Source: Isurus oxyrinchus (Eukaryota). Taken from it: DNA of 64,000 nt. Below, piece by piece: positions 24,695-35,239 of the stretch. How positions within the stretch are numbered: position 1 is the first letter of the stretch; each line of letters starts with the position of its first letter. The stretch spans positions 2,418,001 to 2,482,000 of the forward strand of contig JANJGN010000015.1 of the NCBI GenBank assembly GCA_026770705.1, read 5' to 3'. The notes below the pieces were generated by a model. It was not told the DNA's origin and did no database searches. It saw nothing but the letters and a program-made list of their open reading frames with translations. Made by a program: the position numbers and the translations under genes.

Positions 24695-26439
24695 TTTTTT
24701 ACTCTTTCGTGGGATGTGAGCATCGCCGTCAAGGGCAGCATTTGTTGCTCATCCCTAATTGCCCTTGAGAAGGTGGTGATGAGCTGCCTTGTTCAACTGG
24801 TGGAGTTCATGTAGTGTAGGGGTACCCACAGTGCTGTTAGGGAGGGAGTTCCAAGATTTTGACTAAGTGATAGTGAAGAAACAGTGATACATTCCAAGTC
24901 AGGGTGGTGTGTGGCTTGGAAGGGAACTTGAAGGTGGTGGTGTTCCCATACATCTGCTGTCCTTGTTCTTCGAGGTCACAGGTTTGGAAGAACATGTTAA
25001 AGGAGCCTTGATGAATTCCTGCAGTGCATCTTGTAGATGGTACACACTGCTGCTACGTACGTTGCTGGTGGAGGGAGTGAATGTTTGTGGATGGGGTGTC
25101 AATCAAGTGGGCTGCTTTGTCCTGGAAGGTGTCCAGCTTCTTGAGTGTTGTGGGAGCTGCACTCATCCAGGCAAGTGGGGAGTATTCCATCACACTCCTG
25201 ACTTGTGCCTTGTAGATGGTGGACAGGCTTTGGGGAGTCAGGATGTGATTCACTTGCCACAGAATTCCCAGCCTCTGACCTGCTCTTGCAGCAATAGTAT
25301 TTATATGGCTAGTTCAATTAAGATTCTGGTCAATGGTAACTCCCAGGATGTGGGTTAGTGGGGGATTCAGCATTGGTAATGCCGTTAAGGGGAGATGGTT
25401 AGATTCTCTTTTTGTTGGAGATGGTCATTGGCTGGGAATTGTGTGGCATGAAAATTACTTGCCACTTACCAGATCAGGCCTGAATATTGTCTTGCTGCAT
25501 TTACACATGGACTGCTTTAGTATCTGAAGAGTCACGAATGTTGCTGAACATTGCACAATCATCAGCAAACACTTCTGATCTTATGATGGAAGGAAGGTCA
25601 TTGATGAACAGCTGAAGATGGTCAGGCCGAGGGCACTACCCTGAGGAACTCCTGCAGTGATGTCCTGGTACTGAGATCATTGACCTCCAACAACCATAAC
25701 TATCTTCCTTTGTGCTAGGCGTAGCTCCAACCAGTGGAGATACCCATTAACCAATTTTTCTAGGGCTCCTTGATGTTACACTTGGTCAAATGTTGCCTTG
25801 ATATCAAGAGGAGTCACTTACCTCAACTTTTGAGTTCATTTAGTTGATATTTGGACCAAGGCCATTAAAGGGTCAGGAGCCAAGTGGCCCTGGAGGAACC
25901 CAAACTGAGCATTAGTGAACAGCTTATTGCTGTGTTAAGTGCCTCTTGATAGCACTGTTGATGACAACTTCTATCACTTTATTGAAGATTGAGGGTGGAC
26001 TGATGGGGCAGTAATTGGCCAAATCGGATTTGTTCTGCTGTTTCTGGATAGGACATATTTGGGCAATTTTCCACATTGCCGGGTAGATGCCAGTGTTGTA
26101 GCTGTACAGGGACAGCATGGCTAGGGGAGTGGCAAGTTCTGGAGCACAAGTCTTCAGTGCTATTGCTGGAATATTGTCAGGGCCCATAGCCTTTGCAGTA
26201 TCCAGTGCCTTCAGCCATTTTGTGATATCACATGGAGTGAATCGAACTGGCTGAAGACTGGCATCTGTGATGCTGGGGACCTCTGGAGGAGGCCGAAATG
26301 GATCACACACACCTGGCTGAAGATTGTAGCAAATGCTTCAGCCTTATCTTTTGCACTGATGTGCTGGGCTCCTCCATCATTGAGAATGGAGATATTTGTG
26401 GAGCCTCCTCCTCCAGTGAGTTGTTTAATTGTCCACCAC
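24695..26439 (-). mobile_element. 5'-truncated LINE-A
   Basis: ORFs 25924-26310 and 25053-25253 match copy 308-2097. 3' tail at ~24700. Confidence 0.9.
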
Positions 26440-26856
26440 TGCTCATCAGAATAAGGAGCCATGGGCAGGGAGACATTCTTGGGAATCTATTCACAATAGT
26501 GAACAGCACGTACAAGTGATTAACACCTGTGCCCAGGCTGTGAAACTAATTCTTCTTAACTTTCCTAACCCTGCTGCTATATCTTGGTGTTCCCTCAACA
26601 CCCACAGCAGAGGTGGAGGCAGCCTGTTAAGTGCAACACCCTGTCTGTGATGACCTTGGTGGCCCCAGATTGTGCACCTGCTGATCCTCCTCCCTATGAG
26701 TGCCCTAGTGGAGAAGGGGTAGCTGGGGTGAGATCAGACTGCTCTGCACCAATTATGGCCTCAGTGATGGAGTTCAGCCTGTGTAGCAGTGCAGGAGCGA
26801 TGTCCTGGACCAAGGTCTCCATGGCGTCTGCCATCCTACCAGTGTTGACCTCAGTG
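26440..26856 (-). mobile_element. Harbinger Myb-gene 3' fragment sandwiched between LINE-A pieces
   Basis: Matches 23366-23440 and 105-307. Confidence 0.7.
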
Positions 26857-27342
26857 CCGGTACTAGCTGTACTGGAACAGTTTGGCTGGGGATGCTACTA
26901 ATTCTAGTGCCGATGTCTTCAGTACTATTGTCAGAATGTTATCAGGGCCTATATCCATCGTTGTATCCAGTGCCTTCAGCCCTTTCTTGGTATCACGTGG
27001 AGTGAATCGAAGTGGCTGAAGACTGACATCTGTGATGCTGGGGGCCTCCGAAGGAAGTCGAGATGGATCATCCACTTGGCACTTCTTGCTGAAGATGGCT
27101 GCAAATGCTTCAGCCTTATGTTTTGCATTTGATATGCTGGCCTCCTCCAACATTGAGGATGGGGATATTTGTGAAGCCACCTCCCCTGTTTAGTTGTTTA
27201 ATTGTCCATCACTATTCACAGTTGAATGTGGCAGAATTGCAGAGCTTTGATTGTGGGGTTGTTTAGCTCTATCTATTGTATGCTGATTCTGCTGTTTGGC
27301 ATGCAAGTAGTCCTGTGTTGTAGCTTCACCAGGCTGACACCT
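26857..27342 (-). mobile_element. LINE-A internal fragment
   Basis: ORF 26863-27180 (KAEAFAAIFSKKCQVDDPSRLP...AKLFQYS). Confidence 0.85.
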
Positions 27343-27568
27343 AAGGTTGGACGGGCAGTCCGTTAATTATCTCAATTACTTTTTAAATGGCCTCAATAGG
27401 CTGTTGACAGGTCAGCGAGTGCACAGCTGACTCGGCTGCACCCCTGTCGACCTGAAAATGGAAGTGACGCGGGGTGAGGTTGGGAGTTCGGCCCGACATC
27501 ATCCAGCGTCATTCTACACGTTGGCGAGTGGGCCCTGTCCCCGCTTGCTGACTTAAAGATCCTGGCCC
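27343..27568. mobile_element. Harbinger MITE terminal fragment
   Basis: Reverse match to 20020-20200. Ends aagatcctggccc (TIR-like). Confidence 0.6.
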
Positions 27569-28309
27569 TTGTTTTAGGTACATCTGGTACCAATGCTGAC
27601 CCCTGGCTTGGTGGTAATTGTAGAGTGTGGGGAGATGCCGGCCATGAGATTCCAGATTGATGGTTGAATAAAACTCTTTTGCTGATAATTCTGTCCACAG
27701 CGCCTTGAGAATGCCAGTTTTGACCTGCTAAATATGTCTTGAATCTATCTCATTTATAGCACAGGGATGGTGCAGTACAGCATGATGGACAGTATACTCA
27801 GTCTGCAGATGGGAATTTGTTGAATAAAGAATCAACTCTGGGACCAAAAATTATTATACATATTATTATTATCACATATGTTTGCTTCATTTAAGTTGTA
27901 GCATATTCCTTTATATATTTAATAAAAGATTTCTGCAAGCATATTACTTAGTTTTTGTCTGTCTGGACTGTTTTGATTGGTCAGTTTCAGTGGCACATCT
28001 GTTGCTGTGTGGTGCCTGGAAAATGCAGAGGCACATGGGGTGTGTGATGGACTGCAGCATGTGAGGCACATGTGATTCCAAAGGTTAGTGGCAGGAGCAG
28101 CAGGGTGGGGGGTGGTGGGGGGTTTGGGGGGGTTGGTTGATGGGGAATAAAATTGGGGGAAGGTAGGGGAACCTGACAACAACGTTAGCCTGGCGGGAGG
28201 GATTGTTTCCGTGAGGGATGGGATGAGATTGATGGCAGAGATGGGGATAACAAGGGAAGGATGGGTTAGCACGGGACAGATGAGATGATGGAATTGGTTG
28301 ATTGTGGCA

Positions 28310-29683
28310 AAATGGTAGGGACAACTCTTTGATACAACTTATTATTTGAAAGCTATCCTTTGTGCTAAAAATGAAGATTCACCTCGATTTCAATGAACAG
28401 GTTTTAGAAAGTTGTCAGGTGAATTAAAAGAATACATCAGCGTTGATTCCATAGATGAAGAAGATGTTAACAGTCCATATCCTCTGGAGTTTCTGCACAG
28501 TCTAACTCCAATGGGTATGCCACCACACAAACTCAGACTCAAGGAAAGGGCAGTTATAAAGTTGTTGTGAAATTTGGATTTCATAGAAAAAACTTGGTAG
28601 TTGGGAAGCTGTTTACTTCAATGAAAAATGCTGAAATTATAACAAACAGATTTCACGGAAACAAAGGGCTGTATTTAATGGAGGCAAGAGGGGTTTCTCA
28701 TGCCGGCTGGAGAGGTGGCGAGAGCCCCTCGTTCCCTCTTTTAGGGAAGGCCCACTGTTTTAAATGGCACTCAGGCAAGTAGCTGGACAGCAGCAGGTCT
28801 TCCCTGGGAGCAAGGACCCCAGGGACGCAGGTCTCACCTGCTGAGAACTGCCAGTCAATCAGAGGACTCGAGGGGTGGGGGTGGGGGCATTAGCTGCTGC
28901 TGGTAGGACACCCACTAAGATCATCACTGGATCCCAGGCCTCAGGTGAATGATGGCAGGAGGATGGAGATGGATCGGCAGCAAGGGTAGAGGGCTGGCAC
29001 TCACGGTCCCACACCCCCCTCCACTTCCCAGGGCCAGGGACCTCAATCAGGCACTGGGTGTCTTTGCACGAGGGACTCCCCGGGAGCCTGGGTGGGTTTG
29101 CTTGTCGTGCTCCCTGCATGGGAAGTTCCGTGCTCGCCTCTGGATTAATTGCAGCAGTGGGGGGATAAAGGCCCATAAGCGGGTATAAATTGCCCACTTA
29201 AGGGCTGCAATTGGTGGTGGGGCTGGAAGGCTGTCCATGGGCCTTCCTACCACAGACTAAATCAGAATGGAGGTGGGAAGGTGGCAAGGTCCCCGCCCAG
29301 CATCCTCACGCCCAATTAAATGTCCCACGTAGCCAAACTCACCACGGGGAGGGCATTAAATTCCGTCCATTTTATTCCTTAAATCACACTGAGCCCATCT
29401 GATATAAACCTGCCTTTTCAACTCGGGAGAAAGCTGTTTCCAATTAGACTTTCATATTCTGATTATAAAGAAACCACAAGAACAGACTCTTGACAAAAAT
29501 TGTATCTTTTTTCCAGGGCCTGTTTTTACACATGGATAATTTTATGTAGCTTTTCCCAGAATGAGAAGTTTGATTCTGTTGCAGTCTTTGGTGAAAGAAT
29601 AATTAGAAACCCTGTACTTAAAATGCTGTTGCAATAAAGATGCTAATTTGGCCACAAATGTTTTACGGGCCACTCACTGCTGG
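28310..29683 (+). mobile_element. Helitron 3' end: decayed PIF1-like helicase and terminus
   Basis: AILCAKNED; YPLEFLHSLTPMGMPPHKLRLK..VIKLL; FIP*ITLSPSDINLPFQL..LFPIRLSY; QEQTLDK; PVFTHG*FYVAF. Terminal hairpin tggcc..ggcca then CTGG|T at 29680-29684. Confidence 0.85.
28666..29368. mobile_element. Harbinger-type MITE (second family) inserted in the Helitron helicase
   Basis: TIRs gggctgtatttaatg / cattaaattccgtcc. The helicase frame resumes immediately after it. Confidence 0.75.
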
Positions 29684-31099
29684 TGTATATTAAACATATT
29701 GCAATAAAAATTCATCTCAGGCATTGAACAAAATGTTTGATATCACATCAGCCACCTGTTATGTGCAGCACTTGACATTCAGTTTCACTGCATTCAATGT
29801 CTGAGAGTGAGTGTGAGCCTTGGAGAAAGATCCCAAAGCTATATTAGGAAAAGGCAGTCCATCTCGGAGATACTGATTACCTTCCTGAAGAGGTCCAACT
29901 AGGTGAGATGAGGCCACCTTTCTTCAGCACCTTGCTCAGCCTCCTTCCCAGCAGTAGTCCAAGGTAGATGTTATTGATGCATTCCTGTTTTTATGGAAAA
30001 TTCTGAAGGTTTTCATCAACCTGCTGGTATTTGGACTACACTACTGTATAGGAGCTAACAGCATTGCAACCAAATTACCTATCACATGACTTACGAACGA
30101 GTGGTAGGAAATGTTGCATTTGTGCAATAGGAACGTTAATCCGACATATAACAGATTTTATACTGTCACTGAGAGGATAAAATAAAATTGTACTAATTTA
30201 CGAGCTAACTTCACTGTCAAAAAAGGAAAAATTACCAACATATGTTGAAGTAAAATGTGATAACTGCAAATGTTTTATTAGATTTTTGTATAACAATGCC
30301 GTAAAATACATTACATCCAAAATTCTGTCACTTATTTAATTTAAAAATCATATGGGGGTGAGAAATATGATATGGGAGCTGAATCCTCCAAGGCCCTTGT
30401 TGTAATATGGGTTCTTCAGACATCTCAATGATGGGAACTTGAGACTTGTATATTTAAACATGAACCATGCTCATTAATCGTTAATTATTTACGGATTCCA
30501 TGTTACTGTCTTGCGTGGCGGTGTTACCAGAGTGTTCTTTCCAGACTGTTCTCTCAGTCTATTACCATGTGACTCTATGCATCATACCATGGGCAGTGCT
30601 ATTCTCCAGTTCCACATTAACCTTTGCTCTGCTGAGCACCTTTGGATTACAGTGGCATGCAGGCACACACAACATCCCCCTTTCTTCGCCAAAGAAAACA
30701 TTCCTCTCTTCCAAAGGAGTATTACGATACAATCTTTACTTGCTATCCCTGCTCCCCCACCTCAAGTCTCTGACTTTACAAATTCAGATGGTCTTGAGGC
30801 TTGACAGTTGTTCCACATCTCAGTCTGTCACATTTGGAGGAATGGTAACAGTCCTCTGTGTTTCTGGTACGAGGCTATATCCATTTGATTTGCCTCTTGC
30901 GCTCTTTAGAGTTGTGTTTCTCTTCATTAACGACACATCTGCTTTTTTTGCACACTGTGGGTTTGTCCCATTCCTTTCAAAGGGAATGTGTACTCCATTC
31001 ATTCCGAGAGTGGACTTGCATTTTCTTTTCCCGTCGTATCCGCCATATTCTTGCAGCATATATAGGTTTTGCAAATGGAACCTTCATCTTCACTTGTTT

Positions 31100-33715
31100 C
31101 ACAAGTTCAGCCAAGCATTTGTTTGCTGTTTTATTTGCAAATCGTTTTGTAAGCTTATGAACCTTTTCATTCAGCTCAATGGTTCTCAGCATGTCTGAGA
31201 CCTCCAGTGCTATTTCTTCTTTTAGTTTCTTGCACTTTAGTGTTGGACTTACATTTTCCAATCTAATTTCTGTCTTTTCTTTCTCTGTCTGCAACTCCGT
31301 CTGGCCAGGTCTGTCTCCAGTGAAGTCTTAACTTGTTTCAGTTCTGTAATTGTGCAATTCATAGTTCACAGTTTGGAAAGTTCGATGGCTTTTCCTTTCA
31401 ATGCCTCCTCTTTATCATTCACTGCTTCTTCAGCTCTTCAGTCTGTTTCTTGTAACTTTCAGCTTCCCCCTGGAATACTGAACATTGTTGAGTCTTCTCT
31501 GCTGGCTGGTTCTTCAGTTTGTTCAGAGTGATGTTAAACTTGTTTTCTTTCTCTTTATAATTTTCCAGAGGAATAAACTTGGTCCTAAGGATTCCTTGTA
31601 GCTTGTGAAGGTCTGTGAACAGGTTTTCCTTTTCTTTGCAAAGCCCGCTTCTTCATCTTGAGTTTTCCCGTAATCCAGCCTAGTCCCCTCGAGTTCCTTC
31701 TACTGCGCTTCCATTCTGCTGGATAAGATAATCTGCATTTCTTCATGTTGCTGAATGGTTAGGTTTTCCTTTTGCATTTGATCTGAAAGGACAAATCAGC
31801 GGTTCTTCCAACTGCCTTTTTTCTTGTTGAGCTGTTGCCAGCTCACTCTGGGCTACAGTGCATCGTTTTGTTGCTACCAATAATTCCAAAGCAGCTTTTT
31901 CCAAAGTAACATTCAACATCCTTTTCAGCTCCTTATGTTTTTCCATGGCTACACATTGATTCTTCAAGGAGTCCTCCAGGATTGCAACTTCTTTGCTTGC
32001 CTTTTCTGCCTGCTGTTTTGCCTGGCTGTACATCTGGTAAACCAGGGAACTACAGGCCAGCGAGTCTCACGTCAGTGGTAGGGAAACTACTGGAGAAAAT
32101 TCTGAAGGAGAGAATCTATCTCCACTTGGAGAGGCAAGGTTTGATCAGGGATAGTCAGCATGGCTTTGTCAGAGGGAAGTCACGCCTAACAAATTTGATT
32201 GAATTTTTTGAGGAGGTGACCAGATGTGTAGATGAGGGTAGTGCAGTTGATATAGTTTATATGAATTTCAACAAAGCTTTTGATAAGGTTCCACATGGGA
32301 GACTTATGAAGATGGCAAATGCACATGGGATACAGGGTAATTTGATAAGGTGGATTCAAAATTGGCTCCTTTGTAGGAGACAGAGGGTGATGACAGAAGG
32401 ATGTTTTAGTGACTGGAAGCCAATGTCCAGTGGTGTAACACAGGGATCTGTGCTGGGTCCCCTATTATTCATCATTTATATAAACAACATAGATGACTAT
32501 TTGGGGGGTAGGATTAGTAAGTTTGCAGATGACACAAAGATTGGCCGGGTGGTTAACAGTGAGGTTGAGTGTCTTGGGCTACAGGAAGATATAGACGGGA
32601 TGGTCAAATGGGCAGATAAGTGGCGGATGGAATTTAACCCTGAAAAGTGTGAGGTGATACATTTTGGAAGGAGTAATTTGACAAGGAAGTATTCAATGAA
32701 TGGCATGACACTAGGAAATTCTGAGGAACAAAGGGACCTTGGCGTGTGTGACCATAGATCTCTGAAGACGGAGGGGCATGTTAGTGGGGTGGTGAAAAAG
32801 GCATATGGGACACTTGCCTTTATCAATCAAAGCATAGATTACAAAAGTAGGGAAATCATGTTGGAGTTGTATAGAACCTTGGTGAGGCCACAGCTGGAGT
32901 ACTGTGTGCAGTTCTGGTCGCCACATTATAGGAAGGATGTGATTGCACTGGAGGGGGTGCAGAGGAGATTCACCAGGATGTTGCCTGGGATGAAACATTT
33001 AAGTTATGAAGAGAGGTTGGATAGACTTGGGTTGTTTTCATTGGAGCAGAGAAGACTGAGGGGCAACCTGATCGAGGTGTACAAGATTATGAGGGGCATG
33101 GACAGGGTGGATAGGGAGCAGCTGTTCCCCTTAGTTGAAAGGTCAATCATTAGGGGTCATAAGTTCAAGGTGAGGGGCAGGAGGTTTAGGGGGGATGTGA
33201 GGAAAAACCTTTTTACCCAGAGGGTGGTGAGGGTCTGGAATGCGCTGCCTGGGAGGGTGGTGGAGGGGGGTTGCCTCACATCCTTTAAAAAGTACCTGGA
33301 TGAGCACTTGGCACGTCATAACATTCAAGGCTATGGGCCAAGTGCTGGTAAATGAGATTAGGTAGGTAGGTCAGGTGTTTCTCACATGTCGGTGCAGACT
33401 CAATGGGCCGAAGGGCCTTTTCTGCACTGTGTGATTCTGTGATTCTGGTTGAGTTTTCCCAACTCCTGCTTTGATTTGCCAACTGTGGAATTGAGGGTCG
33501 TTTTCTCCTCCTGGCACTTTTCTGTCACCTCTGAAACTTGATTGTTCAGATCTTGAACAGCTTGGTTCATTGAAGACTTCAGTTTATCATGCATTTTCAG
33601 CTTGGATCTTGTGCTTCAAATCTTCCAGTTTCTTGTAGAACAGCATAATTTACTTTTGCATATGTTGTTTCTTTTGAGTTACTTCAGGTAGCTTCCCTTC
33701 ATTCATAACCGTCTG
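31100..33715 (-). pseudogene. UACA/RAI14/ANKRD24-like coiled-coil coding segment (frameshifted, split by CR1)
   Basis: Minus strand reads LEDSLKNQCVAMEKHKELKRMLNVTLEK; QKENLTIQQHEEMQ; LHKLQGILRTKFIPLENYKEKENKFNITLNKLKNQPAEKTQQCSV. These recall the UACA coiled-coil repeats (from memory). Confidence 0.6.
32039..33443 (+). mobile_element. Young 5'-truncated CR1 (HER1-type) LINE with uninterrupted ORF2 RT
   Basis: ORF to 33355: PGNYRPASLTSVVGKLLEK, QHGF, DKVPH, QGSVLGP, FADDTK, LVRPQLEYCVQFWSP. Tail (gattctgt)n, TSD TCTGGT. Confidence 0.95.
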
Positions 33716-33969
33716 CTCACTCTGACTGCTATCTGTCTCCCTCGCTCTGGGGTCTTTTGGCTCCCTCTCTCTGGGGTTGTCTGTCACCCTCGTTCTGGAG
33801 TCTTTTGTTGTCCCCCGCCTGGGATCTTTTGTTGCCCTCTATCTGGGGTCCATTGTTGCCCTTGGTGCTTTATTAGGAGTTGCCTTCACTCTCTGGCATC
33901 TCGTTGCCCTCGTTGCTTTATTGGGGTGTTCTAGACCTTCTTCTAGGGTCTGTGCTCTCCACAACTTAG

Positions 33970-34237
33970 AGTTTAAAATATCTGTCAAAGTCTTTTAATA
34001 TCTCACCAAATGTGGTCATGTATGGAGTACTTCACCAACAAATGAACCATAGGCAAGAATGTATCAACTTGAACCTCTTCTAATTCCTGTACTTCTTCTG
34101 TACACTAAAAATTGTCTTCTCCAAGAATCACACTCTTGGGTCTGATTTAGCATTTTCCATAGCAAGAATGCATCTGTTTTTTCTAATTTGCTGCCTATGG
34201 CCATTCTTTTTCTTGTAGTTACCTCTTTAAATGTCAT
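33970..34237 (-). pseudogene. Gypsy gag N-terminal remnant
   Basis: M...CDSWRRQFLVYRRSTG / EEVQVDTF / TFGEILKDFDRYFK across frameshifts. Confidence 0.6.
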
Positions 34238-35239
34238 TGCTCCTTTAAGGCAGTGTGTGCAGTAACTGTTTGTGATTATTCAGGCTGTTGTTGCTAGGAT
34301 ACAGTTGACCTCCCTCTGTCTTTTTTGGAATCTTGTTGCTGGAAAACTGCTTTGCAGGTATTGTATTTTGCAACAAATATATCAAACCAGATACAGCATG
34401 TTCCAGCTTTTTGGCCTGTGCTGGGCTTGAAGAACAGCAGCTCTTTTTTTACTGAAAAACTTTACATTTCCCAATTGAAAAAGGTTCCCTTTCTTTTAAA
34501 TTCTGCAGATTTTGTTTTTTTTTGACTCAGTGCCATTCATTTTAAACTCTTGCGAACAGCAGCAATTTTTTTCTTTATTGAAAAACTTTAATTTTCCCAA
34601 CTGAAAAGGATTCCCTGTCTCTTAAACTATGCAAGCTTTTTCTTTCTTTTTTACTGTATACTGTAGGTTTCTCTCTTGATGCTGCCAGCTGATGTTTTTT
34701 TTAAACTATAGTGCAGCATGGCTACCACTGCTGCAACCTACTAAACCCTGGGACTGCCACCTATTCTAAAATGTAAGTACAGTTATTTTTTTTTGTATTT
34801 TTGCTCACCATCATGTGAACTGTGTCACTTGGGTTCTTACAATTTTCTGTAATGGGCTTCCACTCACTCTGGTGGATCACCATGTCAGATTATGGTACTC
34901 TCTCTGATGTGATATCTTTTAGGAGCTCTCACAGTTGCCAACCATGTTGTAATATGGTGCACAATGGTGTCTCAAAGATGAGATCTTAAGACTCGTATAT
35001 TTAAACATGAACTGTTTATTATTAATCTTTAATTACTTATAAATCCCAGGTTACTGTCCTGCATGGTGGTATTACCTCCATTCAGGCTGGTTCCATGGTG
35101 TTCTTTCTAGATGTTCTCTCAGTGTATCACCATGTGACTGAATGCATCATACCACGGGTGGTGCTATTTTCCAGTCCCACATTAACCATTGCTCTGCAGA
35201 GCACCTTTCCATTACAGTGACATGCAGGCATATACAACA

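Larger units (their letters stand above)
30398..35239 (-). mobile_element. Complete non-autonomous Gypsy-derived LTR element carrying a captured coiled-coil gene segment
   Basis: LTRs 30398-30674 and 34945-35239, both TGTTG...CAACA and colinear. PBS-like TGG start next to the 34945 LTR, PPT ggcgaagaaaggggga at 30675-30690 (minus), TSD CCCT/CCAT. Confidence 0.85.

Noticed and set aside
30500-31198. 232-aa plus-strand ORF
   Set aside because: It starts inside an LTR and is the antisense shadow of the minus-strand coiled-coil region. No recognisable domain.
31982-32038. N-terminus of the 457-aa ORF as a real start
   Set aside because: It is read-through from flanking antisense sequence. The CR1 is 5'-truncated at ~32039 and lacks the endonuclease.
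31100-33715. A functional UACA-family gene exon
   Set aside because: Multiple stops and frameshifts, a LINE insertion, no ankyrin exons nearby, and it is enclosed by LTRs.
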